This document shows, in pieces, positions 8,442 through 18,600 of a stretch of DNA of 64,000 nt. Origin of the DNA: Spirochaetia bacterium (GTDB taxonomy: Bacteria > Spirochaetota > Spirochaetia > UBA9216); contig OY776510.1 of NCBI GenBank assembly GCA_963675665.1, forward strand, positions 3,552,001-3,616,000, written 5' to 3'. The notes beneath the pieces are model-generated. The model ran no database searches and had not been told where the DNA came from. It saw nothing but the letters and a program-made list of their open reading frames with translations. Each line of letters opens with the position of its first letter. The stretch's first letter is position 1. A program made the translations under genes and the position numbers.

Positions 8442-9335
8442 TTACCTCCGCAAAACCTTGTAAAGAATGTCCATAACATTAAGTATTCCTACAAGTTTGC
8501 CGTCCTTAATTACCGGGAGATGTCTGAAATTTCCCTGCGTCATTTTCATTACTGCTTCAACTACCGAAGATTCCGGCGAAAGGCTTACCAGCGATTTTTT
8601 CATTATATTCCTTACCGGAATAGATTCTTCTTCGATTAACAGTTTCTCAAGCGGAGCAAAGCTCTTCATGAAACTTAGATTGCCTATCGACACTGCATAG
8701 TCCGGAATTCCGACGGAAATAAGATCATTTACCCGTACTTCTCCAAGAAATTCACCGTTTCCTGATATTACCGGAAGATAACTTGTCTTGTTTGTGTAAA
8801 ACAGGTCTGTCAGTTCTTTGAGATTCATGTCAGGTTCGGCTATACCGTATTCTGTATGCATCAAATCTTCAACGGTTAGCTCTTTCTTCACATATATTCC
8901 TTCAAGAATGTTATGAACTTCTTCAGAGTTTTTTGAAGCCTTGATATTATTAAAGATAGTGCTGTCCTGCGAAAGCTTTGCTAGGGTTGCAAGCACCTGT
9001 AGATAAAGATTTGAAACTGCAAGTGACGTTATCATTACAACAAAGCAGCTTACCTGTGTTTCTTCTACTTCAACAGGGTTTTCCGGGATACATAAAACTA
9101 TTGATAAATCACCGTAATCTTTTATTCTGGCGTGGGGAATTGCCATTCCGTTTTTAAAAACTGTACCGCCCAACTGGTCCCTGGATTTGATTTCTTCAAT
9201 CACTGAGCTTTTCGGAAAGGGAATTTTCTTCTTTTCATACAGGCTGTCTACAGCCAGCTTGATTGCTTCTTCACGGCTGTTGATTTTTGTCTTTACAAGA
9301 ATTGATTCCTTTTCGATTAATGAAGATAGTTTCAT
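8442..9335 (-). CDS. PTS EIIA (Ntr/fructose type) domain fused to a CBS pair
   Basis: N-terminal GMAIPHAR phospho-His motif; C-terminal tandem CBS (LTVEDLM...YLPVI, VRNIM...RHLPVIKDGKLVGIL); SD AAGGAG. Confidence 0.92.
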   Translation of the reverse strand: MKLSSLIEKESILVKTKINSREEAIKLAVDSLYEKKKIPFPKSSVIEEIKSRDQLGGTVFKNGMAIPHARIKDYGDLSIVLCIPENPVEVEETQVSCFVVMITSLAVSNLYLQVLATLAKLSQDSTIFNNIKASKNSEEVHNILEGIYVKKELTVEDLMHTEYGIAEPDMNLKELTDLFYTNKTSYLPVISGNGEFLGEVRVNDLISVGIPDYAVSIGNLSFMKSFAPLEKLLIEEESIPVRNIMKKSLVSLSPESSVVEAVMKMTQGNFRHLPVIKDGKLVGILNVMDILYKVLRR

Positions 9336-9352
9336 ATTAACTCCTTAAAGAA

Positions 9353-9381
9353 AGAATATACAGACAAATAAGGATTGTCAA
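9353..9381 (-). promoter_or_regulatory. Sigma70 promoter of the EIIA-CBS/transporter operon
   Basis: TTGACA-N17-TATTCT upstream of the SD. Confidence 0.65.
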
Positions 9382-9498
9382 TGCTTTATACGTACATATA
9401 TAGACTATGGTAGACATGTAAGGACATTTGTTTTGTTGTGGTTTAATTGATTAATAATTATCTTTCATTTTGGTAATATTTTTAGTATGCTATAGACT

Positions 9499-10626
9499 GT
9501 GGACGATAAAAATGTAATCTACAGACCAACAGCAGCAAAATTGCTTAACACTATATTTAATTATTTAACCCGGATAGCAAAAGAACGCCAAATTGACAAC
9601 ATTCTTCGCCTTATCGCTGATTTCGGACGCGATGTTGTTTCGGCAGACCGTTGTACGGTTTGGCTTCTTGATGAAAGAAAAGATATCCTGTGGACCAGGG
9701 TAGCTCACGGTGTCGACCGTATAGAAATTGCAAGGGACAAGGGAATTGCCGGCGAAGTAGCAACCACGGGTGAACCTTTAATTATCAATGATCCTTATTC
9801 CGATCCACGTTTCGATAAAGATATTGACAAGCAAACCGGTTATCATACTTACGGAATTATTGCACTGCCGATTCGCGACAGCCACGGTAAAATGATAGGC
9901 GTTGTCCAGGTTCTTAACAGTCTGACTCCGCTAAAAAAATTCACTGAAAAAGACCAGCAACATCTTGTACTTGCCGCGAGTTATGCAGGCAACCAGCTTG
10001 AAGCAGTACTGCTTCAGGAAGAAATGGATAATACACAAAAAGAAATAATCTTCACCCTTGCTGAAACCGGTGAAATGCGCTCCAAAGAAACAGGAAACCA
10101 TGTAAAGAGAGTCGCTGAACATTCAAGACTGCTCGGGCTTTTATACGGTCTGAACGATACCGATGCTCTTCTGTTAAAAACAGCTTCTCCGCTGCATGAT
10201 ATCGGCAAAATTGCAATACCTGATTCAATCCTTCTTAAAAACGGACCGCTTACGGAGCAGGAACGCAATAAAATGAAGGGGCATACAACTCTCGGATTCG
10301 AAATGCTGAAACATTCCGATCGCATAGTTTTTAAAACTGCAGCGGATATTGCGCTTAACCACCATGAAAAATGGGACGGAAGCGGTTATCCAAACGGCCT
10401 TCGTAAAGATGAAATCAGTCTTTACGGACGTATAACAGCTATAGCTGATGTTTTTGATGCGCTAGCAAGTCCCCGTGTTTACAAGAAACCGTGGGATCAG
10501 CAGAAGATTATCAAGCATTTCAACGAAGAACAGGGCAAACATTTTGATCCGGACCTTGCCAGACTTTTTGTTGAAAATTTCGATCAATTCTGGAGGATAA
10601 GCGTCAGACTGAAAGATCAACACTGA
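9499..10626 (+). CDS. GAF domain plus HD-GYP cyclic-dinucleotide phosphodiesterase
   Basis: GAF (GIAGEVATTGEPLIIND); ETGNHVKRV, LHDIGKI, HHEKWDGSGYP, ADVFDAL, RVYK. Confidence 0.94.
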   Translation: MDDKNVIYRPTAAKLLNTIFNYLTRIAKERQIDNILRLIADFGRDVVSADRCTVWLLDERKDILWTRVAHGVDRIEIARDKGIAGEVATTGEPLIINDPYSDPRFDKDIDKQTGYHTYGIIALPIRDSHGKMIGVVQVLNSLTPLKKFTEKDQQHLVLAASYAGNQLEAVLLQEEMDNTQKEIIFTLAETGEMRSKETGNHVKRVAEHSRLLGLLYGLNDTDALLLKTASPLHDIGKIAIPDSILLKNGPLTEQERNKMKGHTTLGFEMLKHSDRIVFKTAADIALNHHEKWDGSGYPNGLRKDEISLYGRITAIADVFDALASPRVYKKPWDQQKIIKHFNEEQGKHFDPDLARLFVENFDQFWRISVRLKDQH

Positions 10627-10632
10627 TCGCTT

Positions 10633-12027
10633 TTATTCTGCAATTGCAGCGGCGCCCTTAAGAGTAAAATAATTTCTGAAAAAATCAATCGATTCCTTAT
10701 ACTCGTCAATCAGATGGATATTAAGGTTTATTTTTTCTGTGATGAGATCAATCTCGCTGCCGGATCCCGCCTGAAACAGGGTATTCTTCATCTCTATTTG
10801 CTGCCTGTCGTTCTCCTGAAGAAGCCTGCTGTATTCAATGTTATGCCTGTTCAGTTCCAGTCTGAGAATTGATTCATTTATCATGCTGCTTATTGCTTCA
10901 AGGCCCAATTCATAATCATAATAGGTTTTCTGCTGTTCTTCAATGTCGCGTTCAATTTGAATTCGTTGTTTTCCGCCTTCGTAAATCTTTGTCTGAAGCG
11001 CAACTGTCGCAGTCAACCCGAGACTGTCCTGACCATACCAGTCCTTTTCAACGAAAGGAAACCTCGGACCTGAATACCCAAGTTCAAGGTGAAGTCCTAT
11101 ATCCGGTTTGAAATTCGCAGCGCCGCGGCTGATTTCTATTTTCAATTCACTGATATCCCTCAATTCTTTTAACATTTTCAATTCGGGGCTGAACTTCAGC
11201 GCAGAATCAATATAGTAATCGCTCTGCCTGATTATAATTTCTTCCATTGATTTTAAATTACTGAAATCCAGGTCATCCGCATCAAGGTCTTTTTTTCCTG
11301 ATAATTTTGAAATTGCCAGGATCGCCTGTTCTTTTTGTTCTCTTAACTCTGTTTCGGCTATTTCAAGTTCTTTAATCCTGATACGGGCATTCAGAAGATC
11401 GGTATATAAAAGAAAACCGTTTTTAAATGATTCGTCTGCTATATCAACAAGCCTTTGAGCATCGGTTATCTGTTCGGAAATACAATTTTCAATCAAGAAA
11501 ATATAATAAAGAACATGTGCATAAACAAATATTCCGGTCCTTATTTCATTTCGCTTGCTTTCCTGAATTAATTCGCTTGTTTCAAATACCTTACTGTAAA
11601 GCAGAACTGCATTCCTTAGTTTCCCCCAGGTATATACGGGCTGGTCAATCAGGAACTTGAATTCATAATGAGTATTCTCCATACCCTCATACAGAATCAT
11701 ATCTTCAGCAGGAAGAAGAATACTTGTTCCTCCGATATCATATGAACCGAATTCGCCGGCTTTTAACTTTATTGGCTCTATCATGGGTTTGGAAAGCCAG
11801 GACAGACTTGTCTGAAAATCAACTTCCGGAAGCCTTGAAGCTTTTGCATTTCTCAAATCCATTTCAGCCTGCCTTCCTTCAATCGCAAGCTTTTGAAGAT
11901 CCAGATTATTCTCAGTTGCACATTTAACCAGATCATCAGGACTTATCTTCTGTGCAACAAGCGCACCGGGAAAAAGAGAAATATAACAAGTAATACAGAC
12001 AGTCAGAATAATTCTGTTAACGTTCAA
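10633..12027 (-). CDS. TolC-family outer membrane efflux protein
   Basis: Signal peptide, two OEP repeats (NNLDLQ...SRLPEVDF; FSPELK...FKPDIGL), QPVYTWGK; TTG start abuts the upstream stop. Confidence 0.88.
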   Translation of the reverse strand: MNVNRIILTVCITCYISLFPGALVAQKISPDDLVKCATENNLDLQKLAIEGRQAEMDLRNAKASRLPEVDFQTSLSWLSKPMIEPIKLKAGEFGSYDIGGTSILLPAEDMILYEGMENTHYEFKFLIDQPVYTWGKLRNAVLLYSKVFETSELIQESKRNEIRTGIFVYAHVLYYIFLIENCISEQITDAQRLVDIADESFKNGFLLYTDLLNARIRIKELEIAETELREQKEQAILAISKLSGKKDLDADDLDFSNLKSMEEIIIRQSDYYIDSALKFSPELKMLKELRDISELKIEISRGAANFKPDIGLHLELGYSGPRFPFVEKDWYGQDSLGLTATVALQTKIYEGGKQRIQIERDIEEQQKTYYDYELGLEAISSMINESILRLELNRHNIEYSRLLQENDRQQIEMKNTLFQAGSGSEIDLITEKINLNIHLIDEYKESIDFFRNYFTLKGAAAIAE

Positions 12028-12028
12028 T

Positions 12029-13807
12029 CTACTGCTCCAGGCTCAGGTAATTCGCAGCACCTGCGGTAAGATAATATTTATCATCTATGTCTGAAAGATC
12101 TGATGATAAAGTTCTGGCCGCCCGCTCAGCAGTTGTCGGAATGTATATATAAAATGAAACCCTGCTCTGGTTTCCTGAATATCCTGAATCTTTCCATTCC
12201 AGCCCGCCGAAACTGAAGTGTCCCTTCTCAATGGTGTCCTGAGTGACAAACATACTCTCGGTTGTCTCGGTAAAATCGGGCGAATCAGTCGCAAGCGGCT
12301 GCCCGGTTTCCATCGGGGTTAGAGGGTCGGCATCATCATCGACCGGATCATAAAACAGCCACACTTCAACTCCGTTCACCAGCTCTGTTCTTCCGGTGTT
12401 CCAGATTTCACCGGACAGGGTTTCATTGAACTCCGTCTGTTTTATAACCATACTTCCGAGATTGTTCTCCAGATCGGCTTTGACAACACTCTGAGGATCA
12501 TAGTAAGCGTCGTCTTCATCATCATCAATTGTACTGTTTCCATCACGGTCCCATCCGCCGTCTGTCAATTTGCTGTCGATTGTACTTCCTGTAAGAAATT
12601 TATCTTTAATAAAAACCAGTCTTACCCGGGTTGTCTTCCTGTTGTCGGAAGAGGAGGGCTTGCGCTCAAAATTTATGCTGCTGCTATACTCTCCCGATGC
12701 ATTGGTAGTAACAGTGTATGACGGATTTTCAGGCCATATTACAAATTCCGAATCAGGCGCTTCGATACTCTCAGAATCGTCAGATATATAACTCCAGTCT
12801 TCGGCAACCCAGATCCTTACGCTTACATTCATTTCTCCTTCATTTGTTGATGAATTCAATACTGTCCCTGATACAGTTGCCGTATTCAGTTCATCAGCAA
12901 GGCTTATTTCACCAAGCTCGGTATATGTATCAGCTTCAATCTCGTCACTCTGGAAAAAACCTTCGTTCTCATCCGAGTCTACGGTACCGTTGCCGTCTAT
13001 GTCCCAACCTCCGTCCGTTATATCGGCATCTGCATCATTTTCAGCAATATAACTGCCGGCTGCAAAGGTAAGCCTGACAATAACCGTTTCTTTATTGTTA
13101 GAAACGGAGGGTAACATTCTGTACGATATCTGTTGGTTCCATTCGCCGAGAGCATCCGTTAAAACAATATAATCTGCTTCGTCATTCCATTGAAATTTTG
13201 ATTCGTCGGTATCTATATTTCCGGATGAGTCATAAATCCAGGAAACCGGCACCCAAATACGCACATTAACATTCTGCAGCGGTTCGCCTGTTTCTGTATC
13301 TACAACAGATCCCGATATTTCAGCCGAATTGAAAATCCTGCTGAGTTTAAATACCGGTATTCTGTTCGTTACATCAGATATAACATACACAGGGTAGGGA
13401 GTTTTGCACATTCCGTATTCTGAATGATAAAACAACAGATATATTTCTTTTCGGTCGCCTGATTTACCGTAATCCGGAAAAAGTTCATTCCATATCAGAC
13501 CGTTAAAAGTATAATTGCCCTGTTCATCGGTTATTGTTTTTAAAAAATATTTCGGCTCTCCGTCAGCAGGATTATCCGGATACACGTTTTCATCGGCTGT
13601 CCATGCGTCGAAGTCTATATCACGTTCTTCAATATCGGTATACAGATACACTTCAGCATCGGATATACCGTAAAATTCGGTACCGTTTTCATATTCTTCC
13701 TCATCCGCAAGAGTTCCGGTTATTGAACCGGTGAATACAACTGAACATGATAAAATAACTGCTGATAAAACAGTAATAAAAAAAGGTAAAATCTTTCTCA
13801 TAGCCAT
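12029..13807 (-). CDS. Acidic lipoprotein with about four carboxypeptidase-regulatory-like (prealbumin-fold) repeats
   Basis: Lipobox-like VILSC; repeated starts ITGTLAD, ISGSVVD, VSGTVLN, LSGEIWN with TD/TN-x-x-G-x-Y/W; two TDGGWDxDGNxTxDxDE motifs. Confidence 0.8.
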   Translation of the reverse strand: MAMRKILPFFITVLSAVILSCSVVFTGSITGTLADEEEYENGTEFYGISDAEVYLYTDIEERDIDFDAWTADENVYPDNPADGEPKYFLKTITDEQGNYTFNGLIWNELFPDYGKSGDRKEIYLLFYHSEYGMCKTPYPVYVISDVTNRIPVFKLSRIFNSAEISGSVVDTETGEPLQNVNVRIWVPVSWIYDSSGNIDTDESKFQWNDEADYIVLTDALGEWNQQISYRMLPSVSNNKETVIVRLTFAAGSYIAENDADADITDGGWDIDGNGTVDSDENEGFFQSDEIEADTYTELGEISLADELNTATVSGTVLNSSTNEGEMNVSVRIWVAEDWSYISDDSESIEAPDSEFVIWPENPSYTVTTNASGEYSSSINFERKPSSSDNRKTTRVRLVFIKDKFLTGSTIDSKLTDGGWDRDGNSTIDDDEDDAYYDPQSVVKADLENNLGSMVIKQTEFNETLSGEIWNTGRTELVNGVEVWLFYDPVDDDADPLTPMETGQPLATDSPDFTETTESMFVTQDTIEKGHFSFGGLEWKDSGYSGNQSRVSFYIYIPTTAERAARTLSSDLSDIDDKYYLTAGAANYLSLEQ

Positions 13808-13813
13808 CTCTTT

Positions 13814-13836
13814 CTAAAAGGAACGTTCATTCTTTA
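13814..13836 (-). promoter_or_regulatory. Putative TetR operator (copy 1), downstream of a TTGATT-N17-TAAATT promoter
   Basis: TAAAGAATGAACGTTCCTTTTAG, imperfect palindrome, 21/23 identical to 14532-14554. Confidence 0.75.
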
Positions 13837-13878
13837 TTAATTTAACTCTTTTTTATTGAAAAATCAATACAGCTTTAT

Positions 13879-14481
13879 TTATTTTAACATTCTGTCGAGC
13901 AGGCTTTTTAAAACAATTTCGTTCATTATCATCTTGATATCCTGCATTCTCATCAGACCGCCTTTTGATCCTGATGCAAGCCGCATTGCGTTGCTTATGC
14001 CGGATATTATTATGGTTACAAGAGCATAGAATTCTTTCTTGGATAAATTCATCATTTTATAAAGGCTTTCCTCGTCGTTATTGCCGATATATTTTTGCGA
14101 AATAATTTCCGCTATGCGTGAATAGAAGCCCTGCAGTTTTTTCTGAAATCCGAGCTCATTGGTTAAGATAGTTACGACTTTTATATTCTTGTAAATAACA
14201 TCAAGAATTGTAGTAACAAGTTTTTCGGCAATTTCCTCAGGGGGCATTTCTGCAGTTATGTCCTTGAACAGTTCAATTGTAAAAGCATCAAGGCCGTTCT
14301 CAAGCAATGCATCAAATATTTCTTCCTTGTTTGAGAAATACAGGTATATTGTTCCTACGGACAAGCCGGAATCCGAAACGATATCCTGAATGGATGTCGC
14401 ATGAAATCCTTTACCGGAGAAAAGACGCGTAGCTGTTTCAATTATTAACTGACGTTTTTGTTCATCCCTTTGCCTTGCCAT
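13879..14481 (-). CDS. TetR/AcrR-family transcriptional regulator
   Basis: LFSGKGFHATSIQDIVSDSGLSVGTIYLYFSNKEEIF helix-turn-helix. Confidence 0.95.
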   Translation of the reverse strand: MARQRDEQKRQLIIETATRLFSGKGFHATSIQDIVSDSGLSVGTIYLYFSNKEEIFDALLENGLDAFTIELFKDITAEMPPEEIAEKLVTTILDVIYKNIKVVTILTNELGFQKKLQGFYSRIAEIISQKYIGNNDEESLYKMMNLSKKEFYALVTIIISGISNAMRLASGSKGGLMRMQDIKMIMNEIVLKSLLDRMLK

Positions 14482-14531
14482 AAATTAATTATTACAGATA
14501 TATTGATTTTTATCAAGAAAAAAACTATATT

Positions 14532-14554
14532 TAAAGAATGAGCGTTCTTTTTAG
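14532..14554 (+). promoter_or_regulatory. Putative TetR operator (copy 2), overlapping the MFP start codon
   Basis: TAAAGAATGAGCGTTCTTTTTAG directly after TTGATT(14503)-N17-TATATT(14526). Confidence 0.75.
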
Positions 14555-15602
14555 TAAAAAAACAATTTCAACGTTTGCCGCTGTAGCATTTTCAATCATA
14601 ATACTTGCGGTGTTTCTTGGAACAACGGAAAGCAACAGTATAACAACAGACAAACCAGATGAAATCAAATACACTCCTGTTAAGGTAATTAGAGCTGAAA
14701 AAGGTTCGCTCGATCGGACCCTGAGACTTAACGGGTACATTCAGTCCGATGATATTGTTACAATCATACCCTTTGTTTCTGGAACACTTGAAGAACTTCT
14801 TGTAGACGTAGGCGAGACTGTCAGTGAAAACCAGGTTATTGCCCGTATAGACTCCAGAGTATTTGATCTTCAGCTGAAACAGGCTGAAGCTGCTTACCTC
14901 GGCGCAAAATCCTCTTATGAACGACTTGAACTTCTGTACGCATCAAACGCCGCAACCCGGCAAAATTATGATCAGGCTAAAACACAGTATGAAGCTTATA
15001 AATCACAATATGAACTGGCCCGACTGCAGTTGAGCTATACAGAAATAGAATCACCGATTAACGGTACAGTACTTGCGATACATGCAAATCAGGGTTCAAT
15101 TGCAGCACCCGAGCTTCCCGTACTGACCGTCGGGGATCTTACGAACCTTATTGTGAAACTTAGCATCCCCGACAGATATTACGAACTTTTTCGAACCTCA
15201 CCGGATATGCGGATAAAAATATTCAGACCGGGAAACGAAGCGTCGGCAGCAGAGGCGTCAATCAAGAATATCTCGCCCATTATATCACCGGAAACAAGAA
15301 ATTTTGAAGTCGTCTGTACAATTGACGGCGACAAATCAGTCTTCAGGCCGGGCATGTTTGTCTACTGCCTTTTCAATGTAGATCATGCAGAAGATGTTTT
15401 CTATCTTCCCCATAAAGCCCTTGGGCCTTCGGGCACGCTTTGGTATATCAACCCGCAGTCTTCAACAGCGGAAAGAATTGATTTTGCAGGATATTTCAGT
15501 AACAACAATTTTTTTGCCATTCCGGAGGAGTTGGCCCATTATGATTTTATTATTGAAGGTCAAAGCTTTCTTACCCCCGGGGAACGAGTCAGGATTAAAT
15601 AG
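14538..15602 (+). CDS. RND efflux periplasmic adaptor (membrane fusion protein)
   Basis: N-terminal TM, lipoyl half-motifs (VSGTLEELLVDVGETV; IESPINGTV), helical hairpin, FRPGMF. Confidence 0.93.
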   Translation: MSVLFSKKTISTFAAVAFSIIILAVFLGTTESNSITTDKPDEIKYTPVKVIRAEKGSLDRTLRLNGYIQSDDIVTIIPFVSGTLEELLVDVGETVSENQVIARIDSRVFDLQLKQAEAAYLGAKSSYERLELLYASNAATRQNYDQAKTQYEAYKSQYELARLQLSYTEIESPINGTVLAIHANQGSIAAPELPVLTVGDLTNLIVKLSIPDRYYELFRTSPDMRIKIFRPGNEASAAEASIKNISPIISPETRNFEVVCTIDGDKSVFRPGMFVYCLFNVDHAEDVFYLPHKALGPSGTLWYINPQSSTAERIDFAGYFSNNNFFAIPEELAHYDFIIEGQSFLTPGERVRIK

Positions 15603-15612
15603 GCTTGACTGA

Positions 15613-18600
15613 ATGAAGCTTTCCGATTATTCAATCAAGCACCCGGCTGTTATTACCATTCTACTTGTTATGATCTCAGTTTTCGGAGTAATAGCAATAC
15701 GGAATACAAACCAGGAAGCTTTTCCTCCAATGGGACTTCCGGGAGCTTCTGTATTGACCGTATATCCCGGAATAGGTTCCGAGTTCATGGAAATTGAGGT
15801 TACCAGGCCTATTGAAGATGCGCTGTCCGGTGTATCCGGTTTAAAAGGACTCAGCTCTTCTTCAAAAGATTCAGTTTCAGTCGTGTCGGTAGAATTCCGG
15901 GACGGTGAAGATGCATATTCCAAACTTCCCGAAATAAGGGAAAAACTCAACTCTGTATCGGATACTTTGCCGGAAGGTATTTCAGGAAATCCCGAAATCT
16001 TCATCCATGATGCGGGCTCCTTTCTTCCTATTTACACGTTAATGATCAAGAGCAGCCTGCCGGATGAAGTTTTTTCTTCATTCATTGAAGAAGATTTCAA
16101 ATCCGGAATTACAAGAATTGACGGTGTTTCAAACGTTAACATATACGGTGGAAAAGGCCGGGAACTCGAAATAAAAATTCATCTTGATGAACTTGAAACC
16201 AGAGGTCTTGCCGTACTTGATATATTCACCATGCTTCAATACTACAACATATCTCTTCCTGCCGGCACTGTAGGTTATCTCGGAAGAAACATTAATATCA
16301 GAACATCCGGTGAATTCACCAGCATAGATGAAATTGAGAACCTTGTTATAGGAAATAAGGGCTCATCTCTTATTTACCTTAAAGACGTTGCGGATATCGG
16401 GTTTACAGAGAAACAGCCTGATTCCTATATAAGATCTGAAGGCGAAGATGCAATTCTGATTGATATCATGAAACGGGAACAAGGTAATACAATTGATATC
16501 ATAAACGCTGTTGATAAGCTTATAAACGATACAAATCAACGATTTCCCGGCAAACTTGAATTTCATGTTGTTACAGATCAGAAGGAAAGAACCGAACTTA
16601 CAATCAATACAGTCATACAGACGGCGCTTACCGGAATCATTCTTGCAATCCTGGTCATATATATCTTCCTGCATGATTTTCGAAGCACCATTATTATCGG
16701 GCTTTCTCTGCCCATATCAATTTTAATTACTTTTATCGGAATGTACCTTACCGGAACTACCATAAATATGTTGAGCCTTTCGGGAATAACCGTTGCAATC
16801 GGAATGATAGTAGACAGTTCGATAGTAGTTCTCGAAAATACCAGCAGGCATTCCTCCGAAGGCAAAACCCCGGAAACGGCCGCCTCGCTCGGGGCAGGAG
16901 AGGTCGGCGGCGCAGTCCTTGCTTCTGCGACAACTTCCATATGTGTTTTTCTGCCGATGGCTTTTCTATCCGGTGTAATCGGAATTATTATGAAGGGGCT
17001 TTCTTTGTCTATCGTATTTGCCCTTGGTTCTTCCGCTCTTGTTTCGGTTATAATTGTACCTTATCTTTCAGCTATCTTTCTAAAAAAAGAACCGAAACAC
17101 ATCAGGGGGCTCAGTACATTTCATAACCTTATAGAAAAAGCTCTTCAGGCCCTCACCAATTCATACCGGAAGTTGTTGTCCAAAGTTTTACGCAGACCTG
17201 CCGTTATAATTCTTACGGCAATAATTGTTCTTGCACTGACAGTAGTTCTGGTTTCCCGTCTGGGAATCAGTTTCCTTCCGCCCACCGATACCGGAGAAAT
17301 AGAATTTGATATTAGAACTCCCCAGTTTTACAGTCTTGAAGAATCACGGGGCAAGGCGGATGAAATAGACGCCATGTGCCGCGAACTTGTTCCCGAACTG
17401 GCAACTTCTGTATTTCAGGTAAACAACGACGGAACTATTACAGGTAAAATTCGACTTGTTAAGTCCGGAGAACGCGAACGTTCTGTTCAGGATATAATAA
17501 AGATTCTGCAAACTACTCTTAATAATGAAATCACAGATACGGAAACGATAGTAGTCAACGGCGGTTTTGATTCACTGCTGGGCATGGCAACCGGGGGGCA
17601 GGGATTTAAAATAAGACTTTACGGCAGCAATCTTGATGATATTATGAAGGAAGCTGAAAAAATCAACAGTTTTCTTGAATCCGACCGTGAAGTTATAAAA
17701 ACACAAATGAGCATGCGTTACGGGAAAGAGGAAATAGTATCCAACCTGATGCTTGACTACATGGGAAATCTGGGCATTACTCCCTATGAGGCTGCAATAA
17801 CTTCAAAGATTTTCTTCAGCGGGCTTGAAGCCGGCACCTTCAGGTTTGAGAATAAAAACTACAGCATGAAGCTTACTTCCGACATAGCAGGTCAGGAAAT
17901 AAACGAGGATACCATCAGTCTTATTAATATCAAAACTGCATCCGGTAAACCTGTCAGTATGACCAGCCTGACAGAGCTTGAAAGAAAACCTGCTGTTTCA
18001 GTGATTAATAAGCAGAACAAGACCATTTCGCTTACAGTCACAGCCCATCTGAACACTCTTGATCAAATTGAAATTACATCGAGAGTAGATGACTTCATGA
18101 AAACCCGGGAACTGCCTTATGGGCTGTCATGGGAAATAGGAGGGACATCAAGCCTTGTCAGCGAATCCTTCTCCTCATTATTTCTTATTCTCGGAATTGC
18201 TGTATTTCTTGTTTATTCGGTAATGGTAATACAGTTTGAAAAATTCGTTCAACCTGTAATAATTATGCTGTCAATTCCGTTTTGCCTGATAGGAGTAGTA
18301 TTGGGCCTGATTATATTCGGATCAATAATATCAATTATCCCCATGCTGGGTGTTATATCCCTGGCCGGAATAGTAGTTAACAACGGTATTGTACTGATAG
18401 ATTATATCAACCTGATAAGAAAAAGGGATAAACTGGAACTTTCTGAAGCGGTAATTACAGGTTGCACAGCCAGACTCAAACCGATAATGATGACTACTCT
18501 TACTACTTTTTTCGGGGTCCTCCCAATGGCATTCGCCGGAGGAAACGGTTCTGAAATATACGCACCCCTCGGACAGGCAATAGCAGGAGGGCTTATTACT

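Noticed and set aside
7779-8639. 286-aa plus-strand ORF
   Set aside because: Antisense to the hydrophobic transporter gene; no independent motifs
16801-16840. RND TM4 with one Asp (VDSS) instead of the AcrB DD pair
   Set aside because: Common in many RND subfamilies; not evidence of inactivation
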